A stretch of 64,000 nt of DNA from Octopus vulgaris. Taxonomy: Eukaryota. Made by a program: the position numbers and the translations under genes. Shown piece by piece: positions 1 through 13,500 of this stretch. The notes beneath the pieces are model-generated. The model saw only the letters and a list, made by a program, of their open reading frames with translations. It did no database searches and was not told where the DNA came from. The stretch's first letter is position 1. Every line of letters begins with the position of its first letter. The stretch spans positions 192,262,001 to 192,326,000 of the forward strand of contig OX597814.1 of assembly GCA_951406725.2 (NCBI GenBank), in the 5' to 3' direction.

Positions 1-1319
1 ATATATATGTTTGTGTGTCTGTGTTTGTCCCCCCAACATCGCTTGACAACCGATGCTGGTGTGTTTACATCGCCATACCTTAGTGGTTCAGTGAAAGAGA
101 CCAATAGGATAAGTACTGGGCTTACAAAGAACAAGTCCCGGGGTCGAATTGCTCGACTAAAGGCAGTGCTCCAGCATGGCCACAGTCAAATGACTGAAAC
201 AAGTAAGAGTAAAAAAGAAAGAGTAATTGCACATGTAGAATTTATATTCTTTTACTCGTTTCAGTCATTTGACTGGGGCCATGCTAGAGCACTCCCTTTT
301 AGTCAAAAGAAATTGACTCCTGGACTTATTCTTTGTAAGCCCAGTACCTATTCTATCATTCCTCTTTGCCAAACTGCTAAGTTATGGGGACATAAACATA
401 CCAGCATCAGTTGTCAAGTAATGACAGTGGGGGTGAGGTCAAACACAAAGACACACACATAAGTATATACATATGTATACGACAGGCTTCTTTTAGTTTC
501 TGTCTACAAAATCTGCTCGCAAGGTTTTGGTCAGCCTGAGGTGGGACTGAACCTGGAACCATGTGGTTGAGAAGCAAGCTTCTTAACACACAATCACACT
601 GCTGACCAGAACTCCATATTGGACAAGAAGCTTTTTTTCTGTTCTAAACCTTTCTATCTAATTCTTTAGCATTTTGACTTAATGTGTTGCAAAGTTACCA
701 CATTCTCAGGGGGTATCCTACATAATGAACACAAATGTTACCATTTCATATCACCACAGATCTATGTATTCCACTAAGCATTTCACCCAGTGTGCTAATA
801 TTTCTGCCAGCTCACTGCCTTGTGGTACCTATTTTATCAACCCCCAAAAGGATGAAAGGCTAAGTCAACCTTGACAGAATGCAAAAGTGGATGAAATGCT
901 GCTGGCATGCTAACAGTTTTGCCAGCTCCTTGCCTTTAGTGTTCAGATTATTCTATCAAACATAATGTTTATTGATTCACATTGATTTGAATTAATCATA
1001 CTTTATCTCATATCTTCAAGATCTTGATGGTGTAATTACTTAATGTAGAATAACATTGTAGGGTAGGTGTGAGAGCCTGGATCTGGTCAGTTTGATCATA
1101 AAACAGATTAAATATTTTGGCCGGTTTAAATACTAAAGGGTTAATCAATAATAATTGTTTTTAATTTTGATACAAGGCCAGCAATTTTTTAGAGGGTGGG
1201 TAAATTGAGAACATCAGCCCCAGTAGTCAACTGGTACCAAAACATTGTTTCCAAATATTTACCAATTCTTATGTATAAATCTGACTATAGTCCTTTTTTT
1301 TTTTTTATTTATTTTGCAG

Positions 1320-1378
1320 CTGGAAATCGCCGGGCTCCGCCACCTCCTCCTCCCCCTCCAATTTCTGCGGTGCGATGA
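1320..1378 (+). CDS. Putative terminal coding exon of an unidentified upstream gene (..GNRRAPPPPPPPPISAVR*)
   Basis: Long T tract plus gcag acceptor at 1319, then a GC-rich unique segment ending in TGA and UTR-like sequence; reading frame inferred. Confidence 0.5.
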
Positions 1379-3678
1379 ATACTGCCATGGCCTCTTTTAC
1401 AACATGCAATATCTCAGCTCCAAAGCATCTCCATTCTGCTCCAGTTTCTCCATTCTCTTCCTTGTGATATCACAGACGGACGAATGAATGGACGGATGGA
1501 TGGACGGTGCTACTGCTGAGGATTCCAAGACTCCAGCATCAATCTACTTTATACTGTTGATAGCATATGTTGGATTTTTGTTTGAGAAAATTCTACATAC
1601 GAGGTTCTATGTGTATGTATATGTGTGTGTGTGTATGTATGTGCATGTGTATGTTTGCGCGTTTCTATGCATGTCTCCGCTACCCTTTCTTACTTCCTAG
1701 TTTACGCCTAAAACCATTTCTTTTATTCTTTTTGTTACCTTCCCCTTCCCTATTCCCTTCTTTTTAATTTTCCATTCGTAATTTCTAACCATGTTCTTCT
1801 AATGGAAATTTGCTACGGTGTAATGGGTTTCATCCTACATGACAGAACATAAGCTGGTATTCTACTTTATCTATCTATCTGCATACATTTATAAAAATGG
1901 AATAGATTTCTATAACAAACCTCGACTTCAAAAAATAGTGCCACCAGATGATTGTTCTGGAAATGTGTATTTTTTTTTCTTTTCATATGGAGTAAATAGC
2001 ATTTAATAATTTCTGACAAAAAATAGTATAAAGAATACTTACTAATTGTACAAAAAAAATGATATAAATGAATTGTGTTGCAAGGAATATATGAGTGTGT
2101 GTATATATATATATGTATATACAGAGAGATAAACACACTTACATACATCTATCCACACACACATGCACAGAGGAACATAAGCTCTTTTTCCCCCACATAA
2201 GTAGTAATACAAAGAAATGAAATTGAAAGTGCACTTGGTGTCTTTTATAATATTTATTTACATTAGTTTAACCATTATCACATTTTCATGGTTTTCAAAA
2301 GTGACTTTTGAAAATTTTGAAATGGTTATGTAAATAAATCTTTTAAAAAATTCCTAGTACAATTTCTATTTTCTTTCTTTACACATGTACAAACTCTAGA
2401 GGGTAGTTACTCTTTTTCTCTTTGAACTTACATAATGGAACTGGAATCCAATTCCATTTATATTTTCTTCCCTTTTGAGAAGAAATTTATATGTTGATTA
2501 TTTTTATCATCTTTGTTTCATTGTCGATAGTAATATTATACTGTCTTTTGTGAACACAGACATGAAATGACTAGGTGTATAAGATATTAAAGACTGCCAA
2601 CTCATGGGTTGTGAGTTCAAAAATACTGCAGAGAGTTTTGCATGTCTCTGGGTAAACAGGACACTTAATTCTACATCCCACTGGACTCTTACATCACCAC
2701 ATTATTAGGAAGAAGTACAAAAACTCGTTAGGAAAACTAATTATCATAGAATGCAGTCTAGTACTCTATCCAAAAAGAGTATTTTTTTTTTTCTCATTTA
2801 CTTGCTTAAACTTGCTAAGCACCATTTCTGAGTGATGCCTTGTGGTTCTTGAAAGACATTACCTTCAGGTTTCCATTAATTATTCAAACACATGCTCTCA
2901 AGTACAGTTATTTTTACATTTTTAACACGTATCAGCCTTTATATATTCATTTTGTTGTAACCCTAGCTCTACTCAGGTGTTCAGCACCAAATAGTGATGT
3001 AATACAACTTCTAAAGATTTCCTTTAGTGTTCACATTATTCTGCCAAAATTAATGCTTCTTCATCTACATTGCCTTGAACTAATCAGGCATTATCTTGTA
3101 GCTATGAGATTTTGATGAGGTAGCTGTTAATTTTTAAAACAATATTGTAGGGTTGGTGTGAGAGACCAGATCTGACCAGTTTGAACATAAAACAGGTAGA
3201 ATATTTTTGGCCGGATATGGCCGGTTTAAATGCTAAAAGGTTAAAGAAAAACATATTTTGATGAACTGAAGCTGTCATTTGCAGACAGGAGAGTGGGGGT
3301 GGATAACATCACATTTTTTTTTTATCCTGAGTGAGGCAACAGTTTGAATTATGAAGATGGAATATTCCATTTGGTATGTGCATTTAAATAATGTATTTGA
3401 ACTGAAATGGTGAAGAAAGGTAAGGTGCTCAGCAAATGGGTTTTATTTGTTAGTGAGAATGTTTCCATAAAAATCTTAGATCTTTTCCTCCCCACTGCAC
3501 CTCCACCCAGCTTGTATTGCTTCTTACCTCATGAGATACTTCACATATACAAAATCATGTGAGTATATACACACACACACACAGAGGCATACATTCCATT
3601 GTGCCTACAAAGACAAGGATATTACTTTGCAACCAACCGAACTGAAATGTATGCTTCACATGATATCATTATTTAAAA

Positions 3679-4062
3679 CTAGCAGTATCGCCCGGCGTTG
3701 CTCGGGTTTGTAAGGGAAATAACTATATAAGCATTTTTAGAAATGTAAAGTATAATAGCCATCTCAATATGGCTAACCACAAAGGGGGGAGGGGTGTTAC
3801 TGTAGCTTTTTATGTTCTGAGATTTAATAAATTTTTAGAGAGTTACTTTCCTTATATATGCCAAAAATGCATTAAAAATGGGAAAAATTGATGGTAAATT
3901 TTTTTTAAAATCGTAAACTCATCGTAGATGCGCGCTAATACCCAGAAGGGCTCGATATGAATCACGACTATATGGTTAAACTGCACCGCAAAATGTGGGA
4001 GTAGTTAGGAATCTAAATCGTAGGAGACAGACAGCACACAACCTCACTTTTATATATAAAGA
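3679..4062 (-). mobile_element. Non-autonomous Helitron
   Basis: On - strand: 5' TC, 3' CCCGAGCAACGCCGGG hairpin then CTAG; inserted between A and T. Confidence 0.8.
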
Positions 4063-4547
4063 TTTATCTCATGATTTGATAGAACTGAAGCAGTTGATGA
4101 AAACTTATCTACACCATTTTATTCTAGCAATTTATTTCTCATTTTCCTTTTGTTCCTCATCTTACGTCGAGGGACGATTAGTCCTCGTTTTTGTTTCCTT
4201 TTTCCAAAAAGAAACTATGAAAATGCATATTTTAAAATACTTTTTAGAGATTTATTATACGTTCTGACACGAATCCAAATATATCCAGTGGGAGCATTTT
4301 CGATGCTTTCATTGAGACTTTTAATAGAAATCATCATCCAAAAAGACAAAAAACTTGCTTTTCCTGTAAATATAACTTGTATATCTTTCTGGTTTATGAA
4401 ATCACAATTCCACGGTTGTTTATAAAAAAAAAAAAATAATAATAATAGTGGTTCTTCAGCTTTGTAAATTGTTTTTAGATTTTCCTCATGTTCGCTCTTT
4501 GAATATACTTTCAAGAGCTTTTGTTTTGTGTGTGCATGGATGTATCC

Positions 4548-4829
4548 ATATATATGTATGTGTCTATATGTACATATGTATATATATGTGTGTGTGTATA
4601 TGTACATAGATATATGTATACATGCATATGTGTGTGTGTATATGTACATAGATATATGTATTTATATATACATGCATGTGTGTGTGTGTATATGTACATA
4701 GATATATGTATTTATATATATACATGCATATGTGTGTGTATATGTACATAGATATATGTATTTATATATATATATATATACATGCATATGTATTTATATA
4801 TATACATACGCACATGCATGTATGTATAT

Positions 4830-4861
<32 letters not shown>

Positions 4862-4862
4862 C
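4548..4862. repeat. Compound TA/TG minisatellite, unit about 45-50 bp
   Basis: gtgtgtgtatatgtacatagatatatgta recurs four times. Confidence 0.85.
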
Positions 4863-5929
4863 ATGGCTTGTGTTTGTATGTTAAGGAAACCAAGTGTAAC
4901 TGTTCTGTATCTTTAAGTCCCTGCAAGCCCCCAACTCTTACCCACCCACCTTCAATGTTAAAAAAAAAAAAACATCTATCTAGTATTAAAAAATACAACA
5001 AAACGTCTTTCATACACAAATTCCACATTTACCAGTAACAGCAATAATATTTTTTGAAAGATTGAATAATTGGAATAATTTAATTTGTTACTGTCGTATT
5101 TATTCCTTACACAATGTGTATGGATGCATATATGCCTTTATGTATGTATGTATATCATGTATGTGTGTGTATCTGTACTAAAGGTAGGAGTTTACTTAAT
5201 GTGTGTCAAAGCTGTCCACTACATTATCAATGTTGACCAAATGGCTATATACCAGCTCTCCCTAATAGATGTGTGCTTGTTGAATAGTTTGATTTGTATT
5301 ATAATTCTACTGACAAATATCATATTAGTGTGTATATATATATTTGATCAGTCAAATTCCCTTGTAATCGTATATTACGTTGGCAGTGGCTGGGGTACCT
5401 TGAATTAGTCGTTAGTTATGACAACGGGGAAACTTACCTAATAATTTGAATAGCATGTCTGTGTATTAAGAAGAAGAAAAAAAACAGAAAAAAAAATCTA
5501 TCAAACAACCGAAATATGCATTTTATGTAAAATTTGTTACTATCATTGACCTTAAAAAAAAAAGCCTGCAGTTCAGACAGTGGTGACTTCATATGAAACA
5601 AATTAAAAATTGCAATCGCTTGCTCTCGTTTGTCCTCACATTGTTTCAAATTCAATCGCTGTCACTGCTGCCATCATTCTTATTGACATGCACTAGCTAT
5701 AAACAAGTTCAATAGAAACTAATTGACGTGTGCGATGTCTAATATGCAAGACAATTTTCTTCAAAAAAACAAAAGTCCTTTGAGTGATTCACTCCAAGAG
5801 GAAAATTTCTGTTTTGAATAAAAACAAATCTTTATCATTGTTGTTGTTTTCTATTCATTATTAATTTTCATTGTATCATGTGTGTTTTTGTTTTGATTTT
5901 GTTTATAGCTTTTTTTTTTTTAATCAGAC

Positions 5930-6368
5930 ATGGGTGTGTAATAAGAAGCTTGCTTCCCAACTGCATGGTCTCAAGTTCAGTTCTTCGGAATGGCACCTTG
6001 GGCAAGTGTCTTCCACTATAGCCTCAGGCTGACCAAAGCTTTGTGGATGAATTTAGTAGATGGAAACTGAAAGAAGCCCAGTGTGTGTGTCTTGTGTCTA
6101 TACCCAGAATCCAATTGCATGGCACCTTGGGCAAGTGTCTTCCACTATAGCCTCAGGCTGACCAAAGTCTTGTGGGTGAATTTAGTAGATGGAAACTGAA
6201 AGAAGCCTAGTGTGTGTATGTATGCCTTGTGTCTACACCCAGAATCCAACTGCATGGTCTCAAGTTCAGTTCTTCTGAATGGTACCTTGGGCAAGTGTTT
6301 TCCACTATAGCCTCAGGCTACCAAAGCCTTGTGGGTGAATTTAGTTCACAGAAACTGAAAGAAGCCTA
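5930..6368 (+). repeat. Three tandem copies of the SINE A 5' half
   Basis: ggcaccttgggcaagtgtcttccactatagcctcaggct recurs near 5992, 6121 and 6281. Confidence 0.8.
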
Positions 6369-7541
6369 GATGTTAAATTCAACACTGCAGTTATCACTAT
6401 CTACACATCTGTACATAGCTTGTACAACGTTTATAACCATTCATCTCTCCTACTTTCCTTACCAACCCCAGATTAAAAAGCATGTAATGTCATGGGTCTT
6501 CTCCAGATTAACAAAAGCTAGATGCCTCTGCAATTATTTTAGTTTTCAACTCACAGGAGCACATCTTGTACATTTTGCACACACTTGTTCTATCCAGTTC
6601 AAAATTTACTACATTAACTTTGGAACAGTCTGACGCTTGTCAGATTTGTTCAATCTAAAAATTTAATTATTAAACATGGCACGTCTCATCCGGTGGCACG
6701 TAAAAAGCACCCACTACACTCACAGAGTGGCTGGCGTTAGGAAGGGCATCCAGCCATAGAAACATTGCCAGATCAGACTGGGCCTGGTCCAGCCTTCTGG
6801 CTTCCCAGACCCCAGTTGAACCGTCCAACCCATGCTAGCATGGAAAGTGGACGCTAAATGATGATGATGATGGCACCTTGGGCAACTGTCTTCTATAGCC
6901 TCAGACCGACCAAGACCTTATGAGTGGATTTGGTGTCTGTCCCCATCACACTTGACAACTGATGGTACGTTTATGTCCCCATGACTTAGCAGTTCGGCAA
7001 AATAGACCAACAGATTAAGCAATAGGCTTTAGAAAAAAGTCTTGAGGTCATTTTGTTCAACGAAAAACCCTTCAAGGCAGTGCTCCAGCATAGGCCAGTC
7101 AAATGACCGAAACAAATAAAGCAAACAAAAACACACACACAACACATATATAAAACCAATACAGAAAAGGCAAACATTTCTTATTGTATTACATATACAA
7201 AATTTCAAAACTGGGATTAGTGGCTTGGTTGGGGGTAGGGGAATGTTTGTAAAAGTTAATTCAATATTTTGTTATTGTTGTTGTTCTTAAGGAATTAAAT
7301 AGATAAATATTAGGTAAAAATCAAGCTTTTTCTTTCTTCTTCACTTTCTTTTTTTTTTTTTTTTTAATAAGAATTTGGAAAAGTTTTTTTCAGTCAAAAA
7401 ATAAACAAAATAAGAACATATGGCATTTTTAAATTCATTCTGAATAGTTGGCTATAATTTAGTGAATGCAAAAAACTTAATTTCGAAGAATTACAAATTG
7501 TCCATAGCGTTTTACATTTTTCAGATGAGATTTCAAGTGTT

Positions 7542-7559
7542 TCAAGAAAGTGTCATCCT
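7542..7559 (-). CDS. CCDC47: CCDC47 putative last coding exon (RMTLS*), then AT-rich 3' UTR
   Basis: Strong polypyrimidine tttacag acceptor at 7560 and in-frame TGA; too short to confirm by homology. Confidence 0.6.
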   Translation of the reverse strand, partial: RMTLS

Positions 7560-10500
7560 CTGTAAAAGAAAAAAAAGAAAGCCATTAATTAATGAAATGG
7601 TATTTGATAGAATATGCAACTTTTATTATTAGCATTGTTCTATCAAGGTTTTTGAATCACTGTGTCCTGTTTCATACAATAACAATTTTTACTTGGGATA
7701 GTGTCTTCTATTTTAGCTCCTAGCAAACCAAAGCTTTGAGTGAATTGTGTGTGTGAGAGAGGGAAAGAGTGTTTGTGTCTCCTTGTCTTTACACAGTATC
7801 ATCGTTTAACGTCTGCTTACCATGCTGGCATGGGTTGAATGGTTTGACTGGGGACTGGTGAGCCAGATGGCTGCACCAGGCTCCAGTCTTTATCTGGCAT
7901 AGTTTCTACAGCTGGATGCCCTTCCTAATGCCAACCACTCCGAGAGTGTAGTGGGTGCCTTTACATGCCACCGGCACAAGGGCCAGTCAGGCGGTACTGG
8001 CAACAGCCATGCTCAAATGGTGTTTTCACATGTTACATGCATGGGAGCCAGTCCAGCGGCACTGGCAACGCCCTCGCTTGAATGTTGTTTTTCACATACC
8101 ACTGGCACAAATGCCAGTAAGGTGACACTGTTAACTATCACGCTCAAATGGAGCCAGTCAGTGGCCCTGGCAATGATCACACAATAGTTGTAAATGAGTG
8201 TCACTGACAAAAGCAATGTCAATCACTTCCAATATTCTGTGTCAACATATCTGGCCATGGGGAAATACTACCTTGCTTGGAAACCAGTGAGGGTTGGTGA
8301 CAAGAAGAACATCCAGTAATACAAAATTTGGTTTGAACTCCATCCCCACAAAATATGGACCTTTAAAAGGATGATGATCTAGTTTTGGGAAAGTACTGGA
8401 CAAAGTGCTTAGAGCAGTGTCTGATCAGTAAGAGGAGATAAAAGAGACAGGTGAGGTAAATGAGAAAAACAAACAAAAATAAAAAGAAGAGACTGCATAC
8501 CTTCATTTTTGGTTGTTTCTTTTTCAGATCTCTTTTATTTTCCCGTTCCTATGATACAAAACAAAAATGTGGTTAAAAAAAAAAGTCGCTAGATGTTAGT
8601 GAAAGATTGAAATATTCAAAGAATAGCAGCAGTTTTGAGATATTATCTTAACCATGCATCCCCATAGTTGACAAACAACATAAAAAGTAGCAGCAAAGCT
8701 TTCTCGTTATTACATTAGCTGCATTGTAGTTAAACTACACTGAAATCTTTTAATGCAACAAAAAGAACCCAGTGGAACACAGAGTTCATTTGGATGCCCA
8801 ACAACCAAACAATAAGATCTAGAGCTGTATCACTGCCACAGTAGAATTGCTGCTGTTGTACAAGAACCAATAGCAAGCATGAGATAAATAAGAACCTGAC
8901 AGAAACACAGATTGCAAGCTTGGATAAGGCAGGTAGTTGGCAGGAGCATTAGCACGCTGGGTGAAATGCTTAGCGGTAATTCATCTGCCATTACGTTCCG
9001 AGTCCAAATTCCGCCGAGGTCGACTTTGCCTTTCAACCTTTTGGGGGTCAATAAATTAAGTACCAGTTACGCACTAGGGTCGATATAATCGACTTAATCC
9101 ATTTGTCCTCTCTGTGTTTAGCCCCTTGTGGGTGGTAAAGAAATAGGTATTTCGTTTGCCATTACATTCTGAGTTAAAATTCCGCCGAGGTCGACTTTGC
9201 ATTTCATCCTTTTGGGGTCGATAAATTAAGTACCAGTTACACACTGGGGTTGGTGTAATCGACTTAATCCCTTTGCCTGTCCTTGTTTGTCCCCTCTATG
9301 TGTAGCCCCTTGTGGGCAATACAGAAATAAGAAACAGATTGCAAGCTTAAGAGAGTCAGTGATACAACTCTTTACAAAGTCTTTCAAAGTGAATACTTCA
9401 TTTGAAGTGAACACTTTAGACATCACAAGCAAATTAATTATATATATATAAAAGAAAGTCCTGCTTTAATCCTTCAGTATTCAGATTACTGTCAAATGTA
9501 ATGCTTATTTATTAGCATTGTTTTGATTTAGTCGTAAGATTTCAAAAATGTGATTATTTTTACAATGACAGTGAAGGGAAGGTGTGAAAAGCTAGATCTG
9601 GCTAGTTTGAACATAAAACAGGTAAAATAATTTAGCCAGATATGGCCAGTCTAAATGCTAAAAAGATATTTTGATGTTAAAAGCAGAAAAATTGCAACAA
9701 AAATCCAAATAATCTGAAACTCAGATATCAGATTATTTGGGTTTTTGTCAACTTCAATACTTCACAGTAAATTTGATTTTAAATTTACACCATTGGCTCA
9801 AAATATTAGACATCTATAAGCTGTTTAACCCTTTCGTTACCGTATTTATTTTGAGATGCTCTGTGTTTCTCTCAATTATTTTAGATGTAACAAAGAATAT
9901 AGTAAAATAACTTGGTTATCATTAAGCTAGTGTTAGGAACATAAATTGTGACTAAAGTTTGGTGGAAGATTTTAATTCAAAATTTATGAAAACAAGACAT
10001 TTGTACTACAGAGCCAGTTTCAGCCGGGTTTGTAACAAAAGGGTTAACATATTTGAGCAATTGTTTTACTTTATATTTTACTTAGAACAAGGGCCAACAC
10101 TCACCTCCCACTTCCGAGTCTTATCAGGATCATCTTCATTCATTATCTTTTCTTTTTCTGCCCTTCGTTTCTCTTCTCTTCTCTGTTGTGCAGCTTCTTG
10201 GCGCTGAGCATGGGCAGCTTTTAGAAATGCTTCTTCAGCTTTTTGTCGGTTCCTTTCAGCCTTTTGACGAGCCTATATACAATAAATAGACAGATAGTAA
10301 GAACTTAGATGGGTTTTTTTTAATTTACATGGAATGACTTAGTAATGACAGCATCAATCTTTGCAATACAATAATGATGTACAAAATTAATATTCAGTTT
10401 ATAAGAGCCAACAAATAAAAAATTATTCTCAAACTCAGCAACACAGCTTTGTTATGATTCTACAAAGTATATCACTGATAAGTTAATGATAGTATCTAAG

Positions 10501-13500
10501 AGAACTGGATAGACAAAATCTTACTTCAGCTCATAAAGTAAGATTTACTCAATTTAATCCTCTAAATGCATAAAATTTTGAAGATCAGTGTTTAAATTTT
10601 TCTCAGTCCATGGTAGTCACTGTCTGTTTTCTTCTATGGCTTGCTGTGCTTGAGGAGAACTATTGAGTCAAGTACATCAACATCAAAATAAAAATCAAAT
10701 GGAAATTGTGGTTGTGATACCCGTACCGGTGGCACGTAAAAAGCACCATTCAAACGTGGCCGATGCCAGCGCCGCCTTGACTGGCACCTGTGCCGGTGAC
10801 ACATAAAAAGCGCCAACTGATCATGGCTGTTTACCAGCCTCCTCTGGCCCCTGATCCGGTGGTTGGCATTAGGAAGAGCATCAAAAAAAAAAAAAAAAAA
10901 AAGTCGATAACACGGTCGCTGAAAGGGATACTTATATATATCTAATATATTTTATTTTAAATGCCAAGGGAAATAACCCATTCCTTTTCCTAAATTATTT
11001 TGGTATAAATCAAATTATGCTTATTTCTTAGTATTTAAACAAGTAAATAGTATTTTCCTAAACAATAGATCCACTTATTTTGATTAGTGACTAATTCACG
11101 AATATACCAACACCAGCGCTGCTGAGGGCAATGTTCTCTGGGAACGCACAGAAGGCCTTTTCAGAGTTATTTACTTTGAATTATTAACTCATATCTGATT
11201 AGCCTGTTATTACGTAAAATGCTTCACAATTTTAGTATACATACCCTATTGGTATTTCCTCCTAAGTTCTATATACTCTGAGAACACACTAAAGCCCCTT
11301 TTGGGGCTACTTTATTTGAATTCTTACTATCGGGTAATTAATCTCATATTACATAACTGACTTCACAATTTGGGTATTCATAAACTTATTGGAAATTCCT
11401 AAAAACAAGATCCTGTGTAAAACAGTTTGGTATTCTCTGTAAATGCACAAAAACCGTTTTAAGGGCTACATACTTTGTATTGTTGTTATTGGATTAACAA
11501 AACAATTATGAGAATGGAACCAAGGGGTGAGCCCCGCTTTCCAGGAAATTACTGGGTACATCAGCTGGGTATATAGATAGATAGAGATAGAGAGAGAGAT
11601 ACATATATACATACATATATATATATATGAAATATTCAAAATGAAATAATTTGAGAATAGAGCAGAGTAACTGATGTGATCACAGAATACTGATAGCACA
11701 AAATCCACTGGGCCAAACAAACTGCAAGAGATGGACCTGTGCAGTTGCCAAGCACACATCCAAGAGATCAGAAAGACCACTTGGAAGGCCTCTCCTATGA
11801 TGGGAAGATGACCTAGTTAATCAATTAGGGTCAAAATGGAAAAGAATGGCACAATCAAGGAAAAATTGGAAACAGTATGACCAGTGGTGAAAAACAGCAT
11901 CTGAAGGTCTGATCAATACTGTAATCATCATCATCATCATTATCATAAAAGAAAAATGGAAAATGGGCAGTGGCACATTGGACTCTCTCTGAAACTACTG
12001 TTCATAAATATACACACACACACACACAAATATTTAACCGATGTTAATTTTGAATACTAATAAGACTTACATCTTTACTAAGTTGCATTCGACTGACTTT
12101 GTCAATACAGTGAAATATCATTTGCATCAGAGGTTTCATAGATTCCATGTCAGCTGTACTTGTATGACCTCGGCCAGGTACTGCAATGGGTTAAAAGAAG
12201 AAACATTTGATTACACTATAAGTTTATAACAGAGTAACAACACGTGTTAACAGCATAGTTATTGCTGAACCGACAAAGAAGGCTGTTGAGACAGATGTCC
12301 TATGACTGATTGCCCTTCTTCTCGCCAACCCTCATTTGTTTCTAAACAAGGTAATGTCTCTCCATGGCTGGACATGTTTTTATGGAAGATTGGAAAGGAA
12401 AAACATTGCCTGTGAGGCATCTTGAAAAAATCTCTTCTACTGAACTGAACAAAGCCCTGTGAGAAAATCAGAGAGGTATAAACTACAAAAACACCCCTTA
12501 TACATGTGTCAGTGCATGTGACTAAGTTTGTATTTCCTTTCATTTCCACATGTGCTCACTGGTTGTAAACAATGGCCTCACTGACAGTGTGGTTTGCTTT
12601 GCAGTTCACCACGAAAGCATGTTTGGAACTCTCAATCATCATCGTTTAACGTCCGCTTTCCATGCTAGCATGGTTTGGACGTATGACTGAGGACTGGCAA
12701 ACCAGATGGCTGCACCAGGCTTCAACCTTGATCTGGCAGAGTTTCTACAGCTGGATGCCCTTCCTAACACCAACCACTCCGAGAGTATAGTGGGTGCTTT
12801 TACGTGCCACCGGCATGGGGCCAGTCAGGGGATGCTGGTAACAATCACGCTTGAATGGTGTTTTTATCGTGCCACCGGCACGGGGGCCAGATAGCCGCTC
12901 TGGGAACCTCTCAATATATTGCACAATTTTTGTAAACAAAAGGCCATTTATTTCCAGTTCCATGAGGCCATATCCAGATTGTTTGTTATTTGACAGACTG
13001 GAAAATTATTATTTTGCTTGGAAACAGTTCAGATTTGGTATCAGGAATGGGCATTTGATTGTAGAAAACTCTACCCAATGTACCCCCATCGTCTCCACAA
13101 ACAAGCATGGCAAAGTAGACATTAACCCTTTAACATTCAGATTATTGTTAAATATAATATTTATTTATTCACATTCTTTTGAATTAATCATGCATTATCT
13201 TGTAACTTTGAAATTTCAATGAAGCGATTGTTTGCTTTTAGTATGACATTGTATGAGAGCTGTTAGAAACTGGATCTGGCCAATTTGAGCATAAAACATG
13301 TAGAATATTTTGGCCGGATATGGCCGGTTTAAATGCTAAAGGGTTAAAATGATGATGATAAAAAAGGGGTTTTTTTCAGTTTAAATTTATCAAACTCACT
13401 CACAAGGCCTTGGTTGACCCAGAGATATAGTAAAGACATTTGCATACTGGGAGTGAACCTGAAACCACATGATAGTGAAGTGAACTTCTTAACCACACAG

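Noticed and set aside
4511-5038. Several ORFs rich in Y/I/C/V/H/T
   Set aside because: Translations of TA/TG microsatellites.
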